Part shown: positions 17,703 through 26,657 of the stretch, piece by piece
Position numbering within the stretch: the first letter of the stretch is position 1
How the letters are laid out: each line of letters begins with the position of its first letter
NCBI GenBank assembly: GCA_015663165.1
Contig: DQSS01000035.1
Coordinates: 1 to 49,828 of the forward strand
Source: Arcobacter sp.
Lineage (GTDB): Bacteria > Campylobacterota > Campylobacteria > Campylobacterales > Arcobacteraceae
Length of the DNA: 49,828 nt
Direction of reading: 5' to 3'
Position numbers and translations under genes: made by a program
The notes under the pieces: model-generated
What the model saw: only the letters and a program-made list of their open reading frames with translations
What the model was told of the DNA's origin: nothing
Databases searched by the model: none

Positions 17703-18824
17703 TTGTTAGATACAACTCTAATAGTACTATGCGCTGGAAACTCGACAAGGTTTGGTCTACAGCCTAAAAAACAATGGTTAAGATGCCAAGATGAACCTTT
17801 GTGGTTAAAGGTAACAACTATGCTATCTTCATATAGTAATTTCCAAAAAGTGATAGTAGTTTCACATAAAAATGAATTAAACTACATGAAAAACTACTCA
17901 AATGACTTCACATTTATTGCAGGTGGAAATACTAGACAAAAATCAATGAGCAATGCATTACAAAATGTAACAAGTAAATTTGTAATGATAAGTGATGTTG
18001 CAAGAGCTTGTATCCCTAAACAAATGGTTATAGACTTATTAAATGCTAAAGATAAAGCAGATTGTATTGTTCCTTATCTAAGTGTTAGTGATACAGTTGT
18101 GTATCAAAATGACACAATAAATAGAGATGAAGTAAAACTTATCCAAACTCCTCAGCTTAGTTCTACATCAGTATTAATTGACGCTTTAAAAAACACTACA
18201 ATATTTACAGATGATAGCTCTGCAATATCAAAAAATGGTGGAAGTGTATTTTATATAAAAGGTAATCATAAAGCACAAAAGTTGACTTTTGGAAATGAGA
18301 TAGAAAACTTAAACTGTTTAGATGCTCCTTCAAATGATACTTTTGTAGGATATGGTATAGATATCCATCCTTTTGAACAAAACAAACAAATGGTACTTGG
18401 TGGAGTAGATATTGCATGCCAGTTTGGATTTAAGGCACATAGTGATGGAGATGTTCTTATTCATAGTATTATAGATGCACTTTTAGGTGGTATAGGTGCT
18501 GGAGATATTGGAGAATTTTTCCCTGATACTGATGATAAATATAAAGATGCTGATTCTAAAGAATTATTAAAAGAGATAGTGTCTTTTGTATGTAATGTAG
18601 GATATGAAATAGTAAATGTGGATGTAAGCATTCTAGCTGAAATTCCAAAAATAAACCCACACAAAGACAATATCAAAACACAATTATCAAAGCTTTTAAA
18701 TATACCAAAGTATAAAATAAACATCAAAGCAACAACAGCAGAAAAACTTGGCTTCATAGGAAGAGAAGAAGCGGTAGCAGTACACAGTACTGCATCATTA
18801 AAATATTACGATTGGACAAAATAA
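17703..18824 (+). CDS. ispDF: Bifunctional 2-C-methyl-D-erythritol 4-phosphate cytidylyltransferase / 2,4-cyclodiphosphate synthase
   Basis: 373 aa with a TTG start. The IspD N-terminus is LCAGNSTRFG and the IspF half carries GYGIDIHPF and AHSDGDVLIHS. Confidence 0.9.
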   Translation: MLDTTLIVLCAGNSTRFGLQPKKQWLRCQDEPLWLKVTTMLSSYSNFQKVIVVSHKNELNYMKNYSNDFTFIAGGNTRQKSMSNALQNVTSKFVMISDVARACIPKQMVIDLLNAKDKADCIVPYLSVSDTVVYQNDTINRDEVKLIQTPQLSSTSVLIDALKNTTIFTDDSSAISKNGGSVFYIKGNHKAQKLTFGNEIENLNCLDAPSNDTFVGYGIDIHPFEQNKQMVLGGVDIACQFGFKAHSDGDVLIHSIIDALLGGIGAGDIGEFFPDTDDKYKDADSKELLKEIVSFVCNVGYEIVNVDVSILAEIPKINPHKDNIKTQLSKLLNIPKYKINIKATTAEKLGFIGREEAVAVHSTASLKYYDWTK

Positions 18825-18828
18825 ACAT

Positions 18829-19710
18829 ATGAATGTATTAATACTAGAAGATGAAATATATCTAGCACAAAAAGTAGCATCAAGATTACAAGATGAGGGA
18901 TACAATCCTACACATCACGCAACAATAAAAGAAGTAGATAAGACAAAACAATATGACACTATCTTACTTTCTACAAATATTCCTGTTGGAAATACTGAGG
19001 ATATTATTAAAAAATATCCAAACTCTATTATTATACTTTTAGTATCTTATGTAAATGATGCAACAGTAACTAAGCCTCTTAAAGCTGGAGCAAATGACTA
19101 TGTTGCAAAGCCTTTTTCTGTTGATGAACTAATAAGAAAAATCAAACATTTTAAAGAATACAATAACTTAAAAATGCAAAATGATTGTCTATCTAACTAT
19201 ATGGAGTTTTTATTTGAAACAATTGAATATGAAGCAAAACTTCCAAAAGAATTGCCATTTTTAATAGAAACAAATGACCAGAAAATTGCTGATAAGATTG
19301 TATTTGATACTGCAAAAAGACTTGATAAGAAGATACAATATGTATCTTTAGGAAATGATCCAAGAGTAGATTTAAATACATTTAAAGATAAACTTATTTA
19401 TGTATATGATTTACATAATATAAAAAATACAGCAAAAGATGTATTGATGAAAAATATTGCAGGACTTGATATAGTTTTATGTTCATTTGAAACTGAAAAT
19501 AATTTTCCATTTGAAACAATAGTTGCAAAGAACAACAACTCAGTAACTGTAAATGATTCAATATTAACTATAAATAACTATGTCAAAATGATGGTTTTAA
19601 AGTTTCAGTCAAAATACCCAGACACAGAACTAAGTAAAAAGCTTGGAATTTCAAGAAAATCTTTATGGGAAAAAAGAAAGAAATTTGGAATCGAGAAAAA
19701 TAAAAAGTGA
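18829..19710 (+). CDS. cemR: Atypical orphan response regulator of the HP1021/Cj1608/Abu0127 (CemR) type
   Basis: 293 aa with a receiver-like N-terminus (VLILEDE..., YVAKPF). The expected phospho-acceptor Asp position reads Ser (YDTILLSTNIP). The C-terminal Fis-type HTH is LSKKLGISRKSLWEKRKKFGI. The ispDF-regulator-pgpA order matches H. pylori HP1020-HP1021 as I recall it. Confidence 0.7.
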   Translation: MNVLILEDEIYLAQKVASRLQDEGYNPTHHATIKEVDKTKQYDTILLSTNIPVGNTEDIIKKYPNSIIILLVSYVNDATVTKPLKAGANDYVAKPFSVDELIRKIKHFKEYNNLKMQNDCLSNYMEFLFETIEYEAKLPKELPFLIETNDQKIADKIVFDTAKRLDKKIQYVSLGNDPRVDLNTFKDKLIYVYDLHNIKNTAKDVLMKNIAGLDIVLCSFETENNFPFETIVAKNNNSVTVNDSILTINNYVKMMVLKFQSKYPDTELSKKLGISRKSLWEKRKKFGIEKNKK

Positions 19711-20171
19711 GAAAAGCGTATTTAACACTTTTTTATAGTGGACTGTCTCCTAAGGCACCTGGAACTGTTGGAAGCTTTGTAGCACTTATAATAGGTATGT
19801 TTTTATTAAACTATTTCACTTTAGCAAATTTATTTATGGCATCTATTCTTATAACGATAATTTCTGTTAAACAAATAGATATCTATGAAAAAGAAGTTGG
19901 AGCTCATGATGGAAAAGAGATAGTAATCGATGAATTAGCTGGTATGTGGATTGCTCTTAGTATTGCTGGAGTTACTGCAGACAATTATATGATGGGATTT
20001 GTTGCATTTTTATACTTTAGATTATTTGATATTTGGAAGCCATCTATTATTGGTAGAATTGATGAAAAAGTCCAAGGTGGTTGGGGAGTAATGGGAGATG
20101 ATGTTGTTGCTGGATTATTTGCTGGATTAAGTACGGCTTTAACATACCATTTAATAAACACTTTCATATAA
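19707..20171 (+). CDS. pgpA: Phosphatidylglycerophosphatase A
   Basis: 154 aa with a GTG start in a GTGA overlap with the upstream stop. PgpA blocks are GLSPKAPGTVGS, IVIDELAGMW and FRLFDIWKP. Confidence 0.85.
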   Translation: MRKAYLTLFYSGLSPKAPGTVGSFVALIIGMFLLNYFTLANLFMASILITIISVKQIDIYEKEVGAHDGKEIVIDELAGMWIALSIAGVTADNYMMGFVAFLYFRLFDIWKPSIIGRIDEKVQGGWGVMGDDVVAGLFAGLSTALTYHLINTFI

Positions 20172-20235
20172 AATTAAAAAACTTTAGATAGTATACTTAA
20201 AATTTAAAATAACAAAGAAAAGAAAAGGCTAAAAA

Positions 20236-20769
20236 ATGTTAGACGCAAATACAATTTATAACGAAATGATGATACATATTCCACTATGTACACACAAAGA
20301 AGCACAAAAGGTTTTAGTAGTTGGAGAAGTTCAAGGTAACTTTAAAGATGAAATAGCAAAACATAGTGCTGAAGTTACATATAGTGCTGAACTAAATGTA
20401 GAGGGTGAATTTGATGTAATCATTTACAACAACGATACAATAGATGATATGGTATTGTCAAATATCAATAGATGTTTAGAACAAAAAGAAGGTGTTTTTG
20501 TATGTGTAAGTGAAAGATTCAAAAAAGATAGCGATAAGTTAGTATCTGACTTAAAAACTATAGGAGCAACTTTTTGGATAACTATGCCATATAGATTTGG
20601 TCATACTATGGCTATAATTGGAAGTAAAAAATTCCATCCTCAAGCTGATATTATTTTAGATAGATCAGACTTTTTAGAATGTGATTACTACAATACTGAG
20701 TTACAAAATGCATGTTTTGTTCACCCACAGTATGTAACAAAAGCCTTAACTGGTATTGCAAAAAGATAG
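20236..20769 (+). CDS. Short spermidine-synthase-like protein with degenerate active-site motifs
   Basis: 177 aa. SpeE-like blocks are present (YNEMMIHIPL, KVLVVGE, YYNTELQNACFVHPQYV). The GGGDGG signature reads GEVQGN and the N-terminal oligomerisation domain is absent. Confidence 0.6.
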   Translation: MLDANTIYNEMMIHIPLCTHKEAQKVLVVGEVQGNFKDEIAKHSAEVTYSAELNVEGEFDVIIYNNDTIDDMVLSNINRCLEQKEGVFVCVSERFKKDSDKLVSDLKTIGATFWITMPYRFGHTMAIIGSKKFHPQADIILDRSDFLECDYYNTELQNACFVHPQYVTKALTGIAKR

Positions 20770-20770
20770 T

Positions 20771-21352
20771 ATGTTTAAAAATGCAATAGCCTTAACAGGA
20801 GGAATAGCAACAGGTAAAAGTACAGTTGCTAATCTATTTATGCTTCATGGTTTTTTAACGATAGATGCTGATGAAATTGCACATAAAATATTAGATGAAA
20901 ACTCATCTAATATAGAGAAACTATTTGGAAGAAAATATGTTCTTAACAATAAGGTTCTAAGAAAAGATCTTGGAAACCTTATTTTTAACAATACAGAAGA
21001 AAAATTAAAATTAGAAAAACTACTTCACCCTTTAATCAAAGAAGAGATTATACTAAAAGCGAAAATTTTTGAAGATAATGATAAACCATATTTAATAGAT
21101 ATCCCACTATTTTTTGAAAATAAAAATTATGATATAAAAAGAAGTGTTGTAGTTTATACATCAAAAGACATTCAAATACAAAGATTAACCAAAAGAGATA
21201 AATCTACAAAAGAAGATGCTCTTTTGCGAATCAACAACCAAATGAATATAGAAGATAAAAAAGAGCTTTCTACCTATGTTATAGATAATAGTAAAGATTT
21301 ACCACATCTAATAGCAGAAGTTGAAAGAATAAAAAAAGAGGTATTATCATGA
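20771..21352 (+). CDS. coaE: Dephospho-CoA kinase
   Basis: Track ORF starts at 20756. I prefer ATG 20771 (MFKNAIALTGGIATGKST), which places the P-loop at the usual position and removes the overlap with the upstream gene. Confidence 0.85.
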   Translation: MFKNAIALTGGIATGKSTVANLFMLHGFLTIDADEIAHKILDENSSNIEKLFGRKYVLNNKVLRKDLGNLIFNNTEEKLKLEKLLHPLIKEEIILKAKIFEDNDKPYLIDIPLFFENKNYDIKRSVVVYTSKDIQIQRLTKRDKSTKEDALLRINNQMNIEDKKELSTYVIDNSKDLPHLIAEVERIKKEVLS

Positions 21353-22086
21353 TGTATACTAAATATGATGCAAGTGGAAATGACTTTGTAATATTTCATA
21401 CAAATGAAAATAAAGATTATTCTTGCCTTGCAGTAAAACTATGTGCAAAAGATGAGTTTGATACTGATGGTTTAATTGTAATAGTTCCTCATGATACTTT
21501 AGATTTTGAGTGGTTATTTTACAATAATGATGGCTCAACCGCTTCAATGTGTGGAAATGGAACAAGAGCAGTTGCACACTATGCAGATAAACATAACTTA
21601 GCTTCAAATAACATGACTTTTCTTACAGGTGCAGGAGAGATATCTTGTAGTGTTGAAGGTAATATTGTAGAAACACAAATGACAGAACCTATTGAACTAA
21701 AAGCACCTTTTAGTGAAGATGGATTTGATTGTTGGGTTGTTGATACTGGTGTTCCTCATGTTGTAGTATTAACAGATGATTTAAAGAAATTTACTTTAGA
21801 AATATGTAGTAAATTTAGAAAAAAATACGATGCAAATGTAAACTTTGTACAAGTCTGTGATGATGAACTAAAAGTAAGAACATTTGAAAGAGGTGTTGAA
21901 AACGAAACTCTTGCCTGTGGAACAGGAATGGTTGCATGCTTTTTAAGAGTTTTAAACTTAAATATTTGTAATTCAACTGTTAAAGTTATACCTAAAAGTA
22001 GAGAGATATTAACTATAAGAAAAGAAAAAAATATATTGTACTTTAAAGGTGCAGTAAAAGAAATATATCGAAAAGAAGTTGAATAA
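21349..22086 (+). CDS. dapF: Diaminopimelate epimerase
   Basis: 245 aa with YDASGNDFVIF and the two catalytic Cys motifs SMCGNGTR and LACGTG. It has an ATGA overlap with coaE. Confidence 0.9.
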   Translation: MMYTKYDASGNDFVIFHTNENKDYSCLAVKLCAKDEFDTDGLIVIVPHDTLDFEWLFYNNDGSTASMCGNGTRAVAHYADKHNLASNNMTFLTGAGEISCSVEGNIVETQMTEPIELKAPFSEDGFDCWVVDTGVPHVVVLTDDLKKFTLEICSKFRKKYDANVNFVQVCDDELKVRTFERGVENETLACGTGMVACFLRVLNLNICNSTVKVIPKSREILTIRKEKNILYFKGAVKEIYRKEVE

Positions 22087-22779
22087 TTGAAATCATTATT
22101 ATTAGTTTTAGGATTTACACTTAGTTTAATAGCTACAAATAATATGCCAAAAAGTTATTATGAAATCACCGATACAAAAAAGATGAAAACTGCTTTTTTC
22201 TATCATATTTTAAGTATGGCTAAAAGACAAAATGCTTTTATTTTACAAGATAGAAAGTTTATTGAAAAAACATATTCTAAAGTAAGTACACTATCAAAAA
22301 ACTCAGATGAATATAAAAGATTTAAAAAAATACAAAAAAGATATAAACTAAAAGATGATTATACTTTAAAAACATATCTAATAAAAATAGATACAATTCC
22401 TACTTCTTTAGTTTTAGCACAAGCTGCTATTGAAAGTGGTTGGGGTAAAAGTAGATTTTTCAAAAAAGCAAATAATATCTTTGGTCAATGGACTTGGTCA
22501 GGTATTGGACTAACTCCTTCTTCAAGAGATGCAGGTAAAAAGCATAAAATAAAAATATTTTCTACTTTAGAAGATTCTGTAAAAAGTTATATGATAAATC
22601 TAAACTCAGGGTGGGGATATAAAGATTTTAGAGCTTTAAGAGCAAGTCTTAAAGCTAATAATAATATAAGTGGTGTAGCTCTTAGTGATACACTAACTAA
22701 CTATTCTCAGAAAAAAGAAGTTTATAATAAGATGGTAAAAAATCTAATTCTTAGTAATAAACTTTCTAAGTTTGATTAA
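22087..22779 (+). CDS. Bax-like protein with glucosaminidase (FlgJ/LytD-type) domain
   Basis: 230 aa with a TTG start directly after the dapF stop. It has a signal peptide and the LVLAQAAIESGWGKSRF and NIFGQW glucosaminidase motifs. Confidence 0.75.
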   Translation: MKSLLLVLGFTLSLIATNNMPKSYYEITDTKKMKTAFFYHILSMAKRQNAFILQDRKFIEKTYSKVSTLSKNSDEYKRFKKIQKRYKLKDDYTLKTYLIKIDTIPTSLVLAQAAIESGWGKSRFFKKANNIFGQWTWSGIGLTPSSRDAGKKHKIKIFSTLEDSVKSYMINLNSGWGYKDFRALRASLKANNNISGVALSDTLTNYSQKKEVYNKMVKNLILSNKLSKFD

Positions 22780-22811
22780 GAGTTATCTATCTAACTCTTT
22801 TTGTATTTTTT
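22779..22811 (+). terminator. Rho-independent terminator after the Bax-like gene
   Basis: AGAGTTA-TCTATC-TAACTCT hairpin (22779-22798) followed by TTTTTGTATTTTTT. Confidence 0.6.
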
Positions 22812-22970
22812 GGCTTAATGAAACTATCGGGGGTTTAAAATCAGATTTTTTTACCCAATTTCATCTAATAAACAAACAAAAGCAAAAATTAAAGCCATAG
22901 CTGATAATACTGAGGAGGATGAGTGGGCAAGTTTCTAAAACTTTTTTATTTTATTTAAATAAAATATTTT

Positions 22971-23873
22971 TTAAAAACTTCTCCCAATCATAGATTTCAT
23001 AATATTTTTTAAATCTTCATTGTCTTCATCTTTAAGTACTTCGATAGCTTCCATACCAAATTTATTTGCTAAAAGAATAGAATCTTGTAGAGCTTTAGTT
23101 TCATTCATATTATCTTTTATCCAAGATAGCTCTTCATCGCGTAAAGGCTTTTTATACATTGACTCTAGCTTAGATTTATTTTTAGCATCTAGTCGCTCCC
23201 ACATAAGTAAATAAGGAATAGTTACTTTCCCTTCTACAAAATCCAAAAGAGCTGGTTTTCCTAAAGTTTTACTATCTTGAGTAATATCTAAAATATCATC
23301 AATCATTTGAAATGCAATTCCTAGATTTTTACCATAAAGTGCAAATGACTCTTCATCTTTTGACACTAAAAAAGCAGCACTTCTAGCACTTGCTTCGATT
23401 AAAGAAGAAGTTTTTTTATAAATCATATCAAGGTACTTATCATATGAATTATTGAACTCTTTTGATAAATCAACATCCAACATCTCTCCAACACTTAAAA
23501 GTGTAACTGCATTTGAAATATTATATGCAATACTTGATGGCATAGTTGTAAGCTGGGTAAAGGCTTTAGAGTATAAAATATCACCAAACATAATTGCAGT
23601 TTTGTTATCAAACAGTGCATTTATACTTGGCTTTCCTCTTCTAGTATCAGATTCATCAATAACATCATCATGAAGTAAAGATGCCGCATGTATCATCTCT
23701 ATAACTGCACATAATTCTACAGATTCATTAGTTGTACCTGCTATTTTTAGTACAAGTTTACTTCTTAGCATTTTTCCAGTTGCTAGTAAATCTAGAAGTT
23801 CTAAACTTCTTGCATCGCCTATTTCTTTTACTAAGTCTATTATCTTAGCTTTTACTAAATCTAACTCTTCCAT
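22971..23873 (-). CDS. ispB: Long-chain polyprenyl diphosphate synthase
   Basis: 300 aa with both aspartate-rich motifs (LLHDDVIDES and FQMIDDILD). Confidence 0.8.
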   Translation of the reverse strand: MEELDLVKAKIIDLVKEIGDARSLELLDLLATGKMLRSKLVLKIAGTTNESVELCAVIEMIHAASLLHDDVIDESDTRRGKPSINALFDNKTAIMFGDILYSKAFTQLTTMPSSIAYNISNAVTLLSVGEMLDVDLSKEFNNSYDKYLDMIYKKTSSLIEASARSAAFLVSKDEESFALYGKNLGIAFQMIDDILDITQDSKTLGKPALLDFVEGKVTIPYLLMWERLDAKNKSKLESMYKKPLRDEELSWIKDNMNETKALQDSILLANKFGMEAIEVLKDEDNEDLKNIMKSMIGRSF

Positions 23874-24559
23874 TTTTCATTCTCCAATTCTTTATTCAAA
23901 GTACTTCTCATGTTAGTTTCCATATCTTCATACCAAGTTGTTTTCTTTTTTGCTTCAATTGAATCTAAATATATTACTTTGATATCCCCAGGTGTTTGAG
24001 TAAACTTTTTAGAATCCCAAATAGCTAAACTTCCAACTATTACAATTGGTTGGACTTTTAAGTTGTGTTTCTCAGCAATCATTCTAGCCCCTGCTTTAAA
24101 CTTTCTGATTTTTGTTCCATCTGTTCTTGTACCTTCAGGAAATATTGCTATTTGTCTTCCATCGTCAAGTCTATTTTTACTATCTTTTAAAAGTTTAATC
24201 AAAGATGTTTTACTTTCCCTTTCAACAATTATCATATTTGGAACTTTTAAAATATTGCCATATAGAGGTATATCGGCAATCTCTTTTTTAGCAACCCAAG
24301 CAGGATCAACTGAAGATAAAGCTTCTATAGTTGTGATATCCATTATTGACTGATGGTTCATCATAATTATATCTGCACTTGTATCTTCAGTCCCTACAAT
24401 TTCTACAGTTGCCCCTTGAAGTGTGAGTTGTAGTTTTGCCCAATTTCTTCTTATCTTTCTTTTACTTTTTTGTGATCTAAAGATCATCATAAGTAGTATA
24501 ATAAGTCCTACAGTTATCATCATCTGAATTATTGAGAATATTGCTCTTAATTGTTTCAT
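23861..24559 (-). CDS. plsC: 1-acyl-sn-glycerol-3-phosphate acyltransferase
   Basis: 232 aa with an N-terminal TM helix, the HX4D motif NHQSIMD and the FPEGTR motif. Confidence 0.8.
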   Translation of the reverse strand: MKQLRAIFSIIQMMITVGLIILLMMIFRSQKSKRKIRRNWAKLQLTLQGATVEIVGTEDTSADIIMMNHQSIMDITTIEALSSVDPAWVAKKEIADIPLYGNILKVPNMIIVERESKTSLIKLLKDSKNRLDDGRQIAIFPEGTRTDGTKIRKFKAGARMIAEKHNLKVQPIVIVGSLAIWDSKKFTQTPGDIKVIYLDSIEAKKKTTWYEDMETNMRSTLNKELENEKWKS

Positions 24560-25650
24560 TTTTTAATCCATCCTAAGTTTCCATTGGTAAATAATACTTT
24601 TAAAAAGTTTTCATTTTCTACTAGTATTTCTACTTCTTGTTTTATTTCTACAGTTTTATAAATTGTAGAATTTTTTGTTGGTAGTATATATACTTTTGTA
24701 TTTTCTTTTATAATCATTTTTTCATTTGGTATCATCAAGATAATTAAAAATGTCATAAACAATATACCCATAAATAAGTATAAAAATTTTCTTCTAAAAT
24801 AATACATCATCATAAAAAATAAAACTATAACAGCTAGAGTAATTTTTTTATAATACATCATATCATTTTCATATGGGTTTAAATCTGTTTGCGTACTTAC
24901 TAAATCTTCTTTTAGATTTATAGGTGTATCTATAAAAACAAACTTATCTTCAATAGAATTATAATACTCAAACTTTATACTTTTTTCATGCTTTGGTATG
25001 ATAACAGAATAATACAAACTTTGTATATCTTCATCCCATGAAACATCTTCCCTTTGCTGTATATTATATGAAGATAAATAGAACTCTTCAAGATTAGAGT
25101 CTTTGGCATTGATTACTATTACAGTTAAGAGTTCATCGTTTGTATATTGTTTTGTGGTTATGCTACTTACTTCTAAAGATGAAGCTATAACATTTGAATA
25201 TCTTTTTTGATTTATTGCTATATTTCTATAAGTTATTTTTGGTTTTTGAAGTATAAAGTTATCTATGTAAGTATTGTTTAAATCAGTAATTGTGATATTT
25301 ATACTTGGCAGTATAAATCTGCCATTTTTTACTTTATATACTAGCTTCGTAGAATATCCATGTTCGGATACTTTAGTCCAAGATATATCAGAAGTAAGCT
25401 TTTGTAAATTTAGTCCATTTCCTATATCTGTAGATATTGAAAACTCTAGTTCTTTGGGCAATAAAATATCAATATTTACATCCATGGTAAATCTTTGTTT
25501 TGTATATACTATATTTGGATAGTTAGCATACTTTGCATATAAAACTTTTGCTTTTATTTGCGCTGAAGTATTAGTGTCATTTGCAACTAAAGATGATGCA
25601 AATGATATTAGGAAAAGAAATGAAAATAATATCCTAAGAGAAAATTTCAT
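24556..25650 (-). CDS. Hypothetical membrane protein: signal peptide, large extracytoplasmic domain, TM segments, C-terminal SH3b-like domain
   Basis: 364 aa. Signal peptide is MKFSLRILFSFLFLISFASSLVA. Hydrophobic segments are LAVIVLFFMMMYYF and LFMGILFMTFLIILMI. The tail KVYILPTKNSTIYKTV...FLKVLFTNGNLGWIKK resembles bacterial SH3. It has an ATGA overlap with plsC. Confidence 0.55.
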   Translation of the reverse strand: MKFSLRILFSFLFLISFASSLVANDTNTSAQIKAKVLYAKYANYPNIVYTKQRFTMDVNIDILLPKELEFSISTDIGNGLNLQKLTSDISWTKVSEHGYSTKLVYKVKNGRFILPSINITITDLNNTYIDNFILQKPKITYRNIAINQKRYSNVIASSLEVSSITTKQYTNDELLTVIVINAKDSNLEEFYLSSYNIQQREDVSWDEDIQSLYYSVIIPKHEKSIKFEYYNSIEDKFVFIDTPINLKEDLVSTQTDLNPYENDMMYYKKITLAVIVLFFMMMYYFRRKFLYLFMGILFMTFLIILMIPNEKMIIKENTKVYILPTKNSTIYKTVEIKQEVEILVENENFLKVLFTNGNLGWIKK

Positions 25651-25655
25651 TTAGA

Positions 25656-26327
25656 TTATTTTAAAAATCCCTCAAGCATTTTTACACCATCTTTACAACC
25701 AAGAAGTTCTTCCATCGCTCGCTCAGGGTGAGGCATAAGTCCAAATACATTTTTTTCTTTGTTACAAATACCAGCGATTTGTTCAACACTACCATTTAAA
25801 ACTTGGTTTGTTCCATTTTTGTCACAGTACTGTAAAAGAATTTGACCGTTTGCTTGTAAATCTTTTAGTCCTTCTTCATCTATAAAGTAGTTACCATCAT
25901 GGTGCGCTACTGGTATATTTAAAATATCGTTATTGTTTAGTTCTTGTAAAAATGTATTATCATTATTTACAACTTTGATATGATGGTGTTTTGATATGAA
26001 ATGCAAGTTATCATTTCTTTTTAAAGCACCTGGTAAAAGTCCTGTTTCTGTTAAGATTTGGAAACCATTACAAATACCTAAAACTTTTCCACCTTTAGAT
26101 GCATATTCTTTAACACTTGCCATAATAGGAGCATGTTTAGCTAAAGCGCCAGATCTTAAATAATCACCATAAGAAAAACCACCAGGCAATACAACCAAGC
26201 TAGTATTTGATGGGATTGTTGTTTCTTCATGCCAGCATATAGTAACTTGCGCTCCTAGTCTTTCAAAAGCATATTTAGTATCATATTCACAGTTAGTTCC
26301 TGGAAATTGTAAAACTACTACTTGCAT
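25656..26327 (-). CDS. purQ: Phosphoribosylformylglycinamidine synthase subunit I (glutaminase)
   Basis: 223 aa with GICNGFQ catalytic Cys and an MPHPER His-Glu motif. Confidence 0.9.
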   Translation of the reverse strand: MQVVVLQFPGTNCEYDTKYAFERLGAQVTICWHEETTIPSNTSLVVLPGGFSYGDYLRSGALAKHAPIMASVKEYASKGGKVLGICNGFQILTETGLLPGALKRNDNLHFISKHHHIKVVNNDNTFLQELNNNDILNIPVAHHDGNYFIDEEGLKDLQANGQILLQYCDKNGTNQVLNGSVEQIAGICNKEKNVFGLMPHPERAMEELLGCKDGVKMLEGFLK

Positions 26328-26329
26328 GA

Positions 26330-26575
26330 TTAAGCTTCTAGAGTGATTTCGTAATCTTCAATTACAGTATTACAAAGTAAGTCTTCACACATCTTTGTAA
26401 CTTGAGCTCTTGCTTCATTTTCATCAGATGTTTCAAGTTTCATAATGATTTGTTTACCAATTCTCACATCCAAAACTGCTTGCTTAAATCCAAGTGTATC
26501 AAGTGTATGGTGTGCTGCTTTACCTTGAGAATCTAAAACACCTTTTTTAAGTCCAATATTTATAATAGCTGTCAT
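26330..26575 (-). CDS. purS: Phosphoribosylformylglycinamidine synthase subunit PurS
   Basis: 81 aa with a LKKGVLDSQGKA motif, lying 2 nt upstream of purQ. Confidence 0.85.
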   Translation of the reverse strand: MTAIINIGLKKGVLDSQGKAAHHTLDTLGFKQAVLDVRIGKQIIMKLETSDENEARAQVTKMCEDLLCNTVIEDYEITLEA

Positions 26576-26606
26576 TTTTTACCTTTTGTGTATTGTATAT
26601 TCGTGG

Positions 26607-26615
26607 ATTATATCA
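26607..26615 (-). promoter_or_regulatory. Candidate extended -10 element (TGATATAAT) for the purS operon
   Basis: The reverse complement of 26607-26615 is TGATATAAT, about 30 nt upstream of the purS ATG. AAAAGGTAAAAA serves as RBS. Confidence 0.4.
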
Positions 26616-26657
26616 TATTGTTACTTATATTTCTTGGGATTTTATTTCATCAATATT

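Noticed and set aside
22919-22993. 24-codon ORF (MSGQVSKTFLFYLNKIFFKNFSQS) directly after GAGGAGG
   Set aside because: The SD-to-ATG spacing is essentially zero. The peptide has no recognisable features and runs antisense into the end of ispB. It is kept only as part of the intergenic-region finding.
26576-26657. Possible purine riboswitch upstream of purS
   Set aside because: The 82-nt region contains a promoter-like TGATATAAT and an RBS, but none of the conserved purine-riboswitch junction sequences or paired stems.
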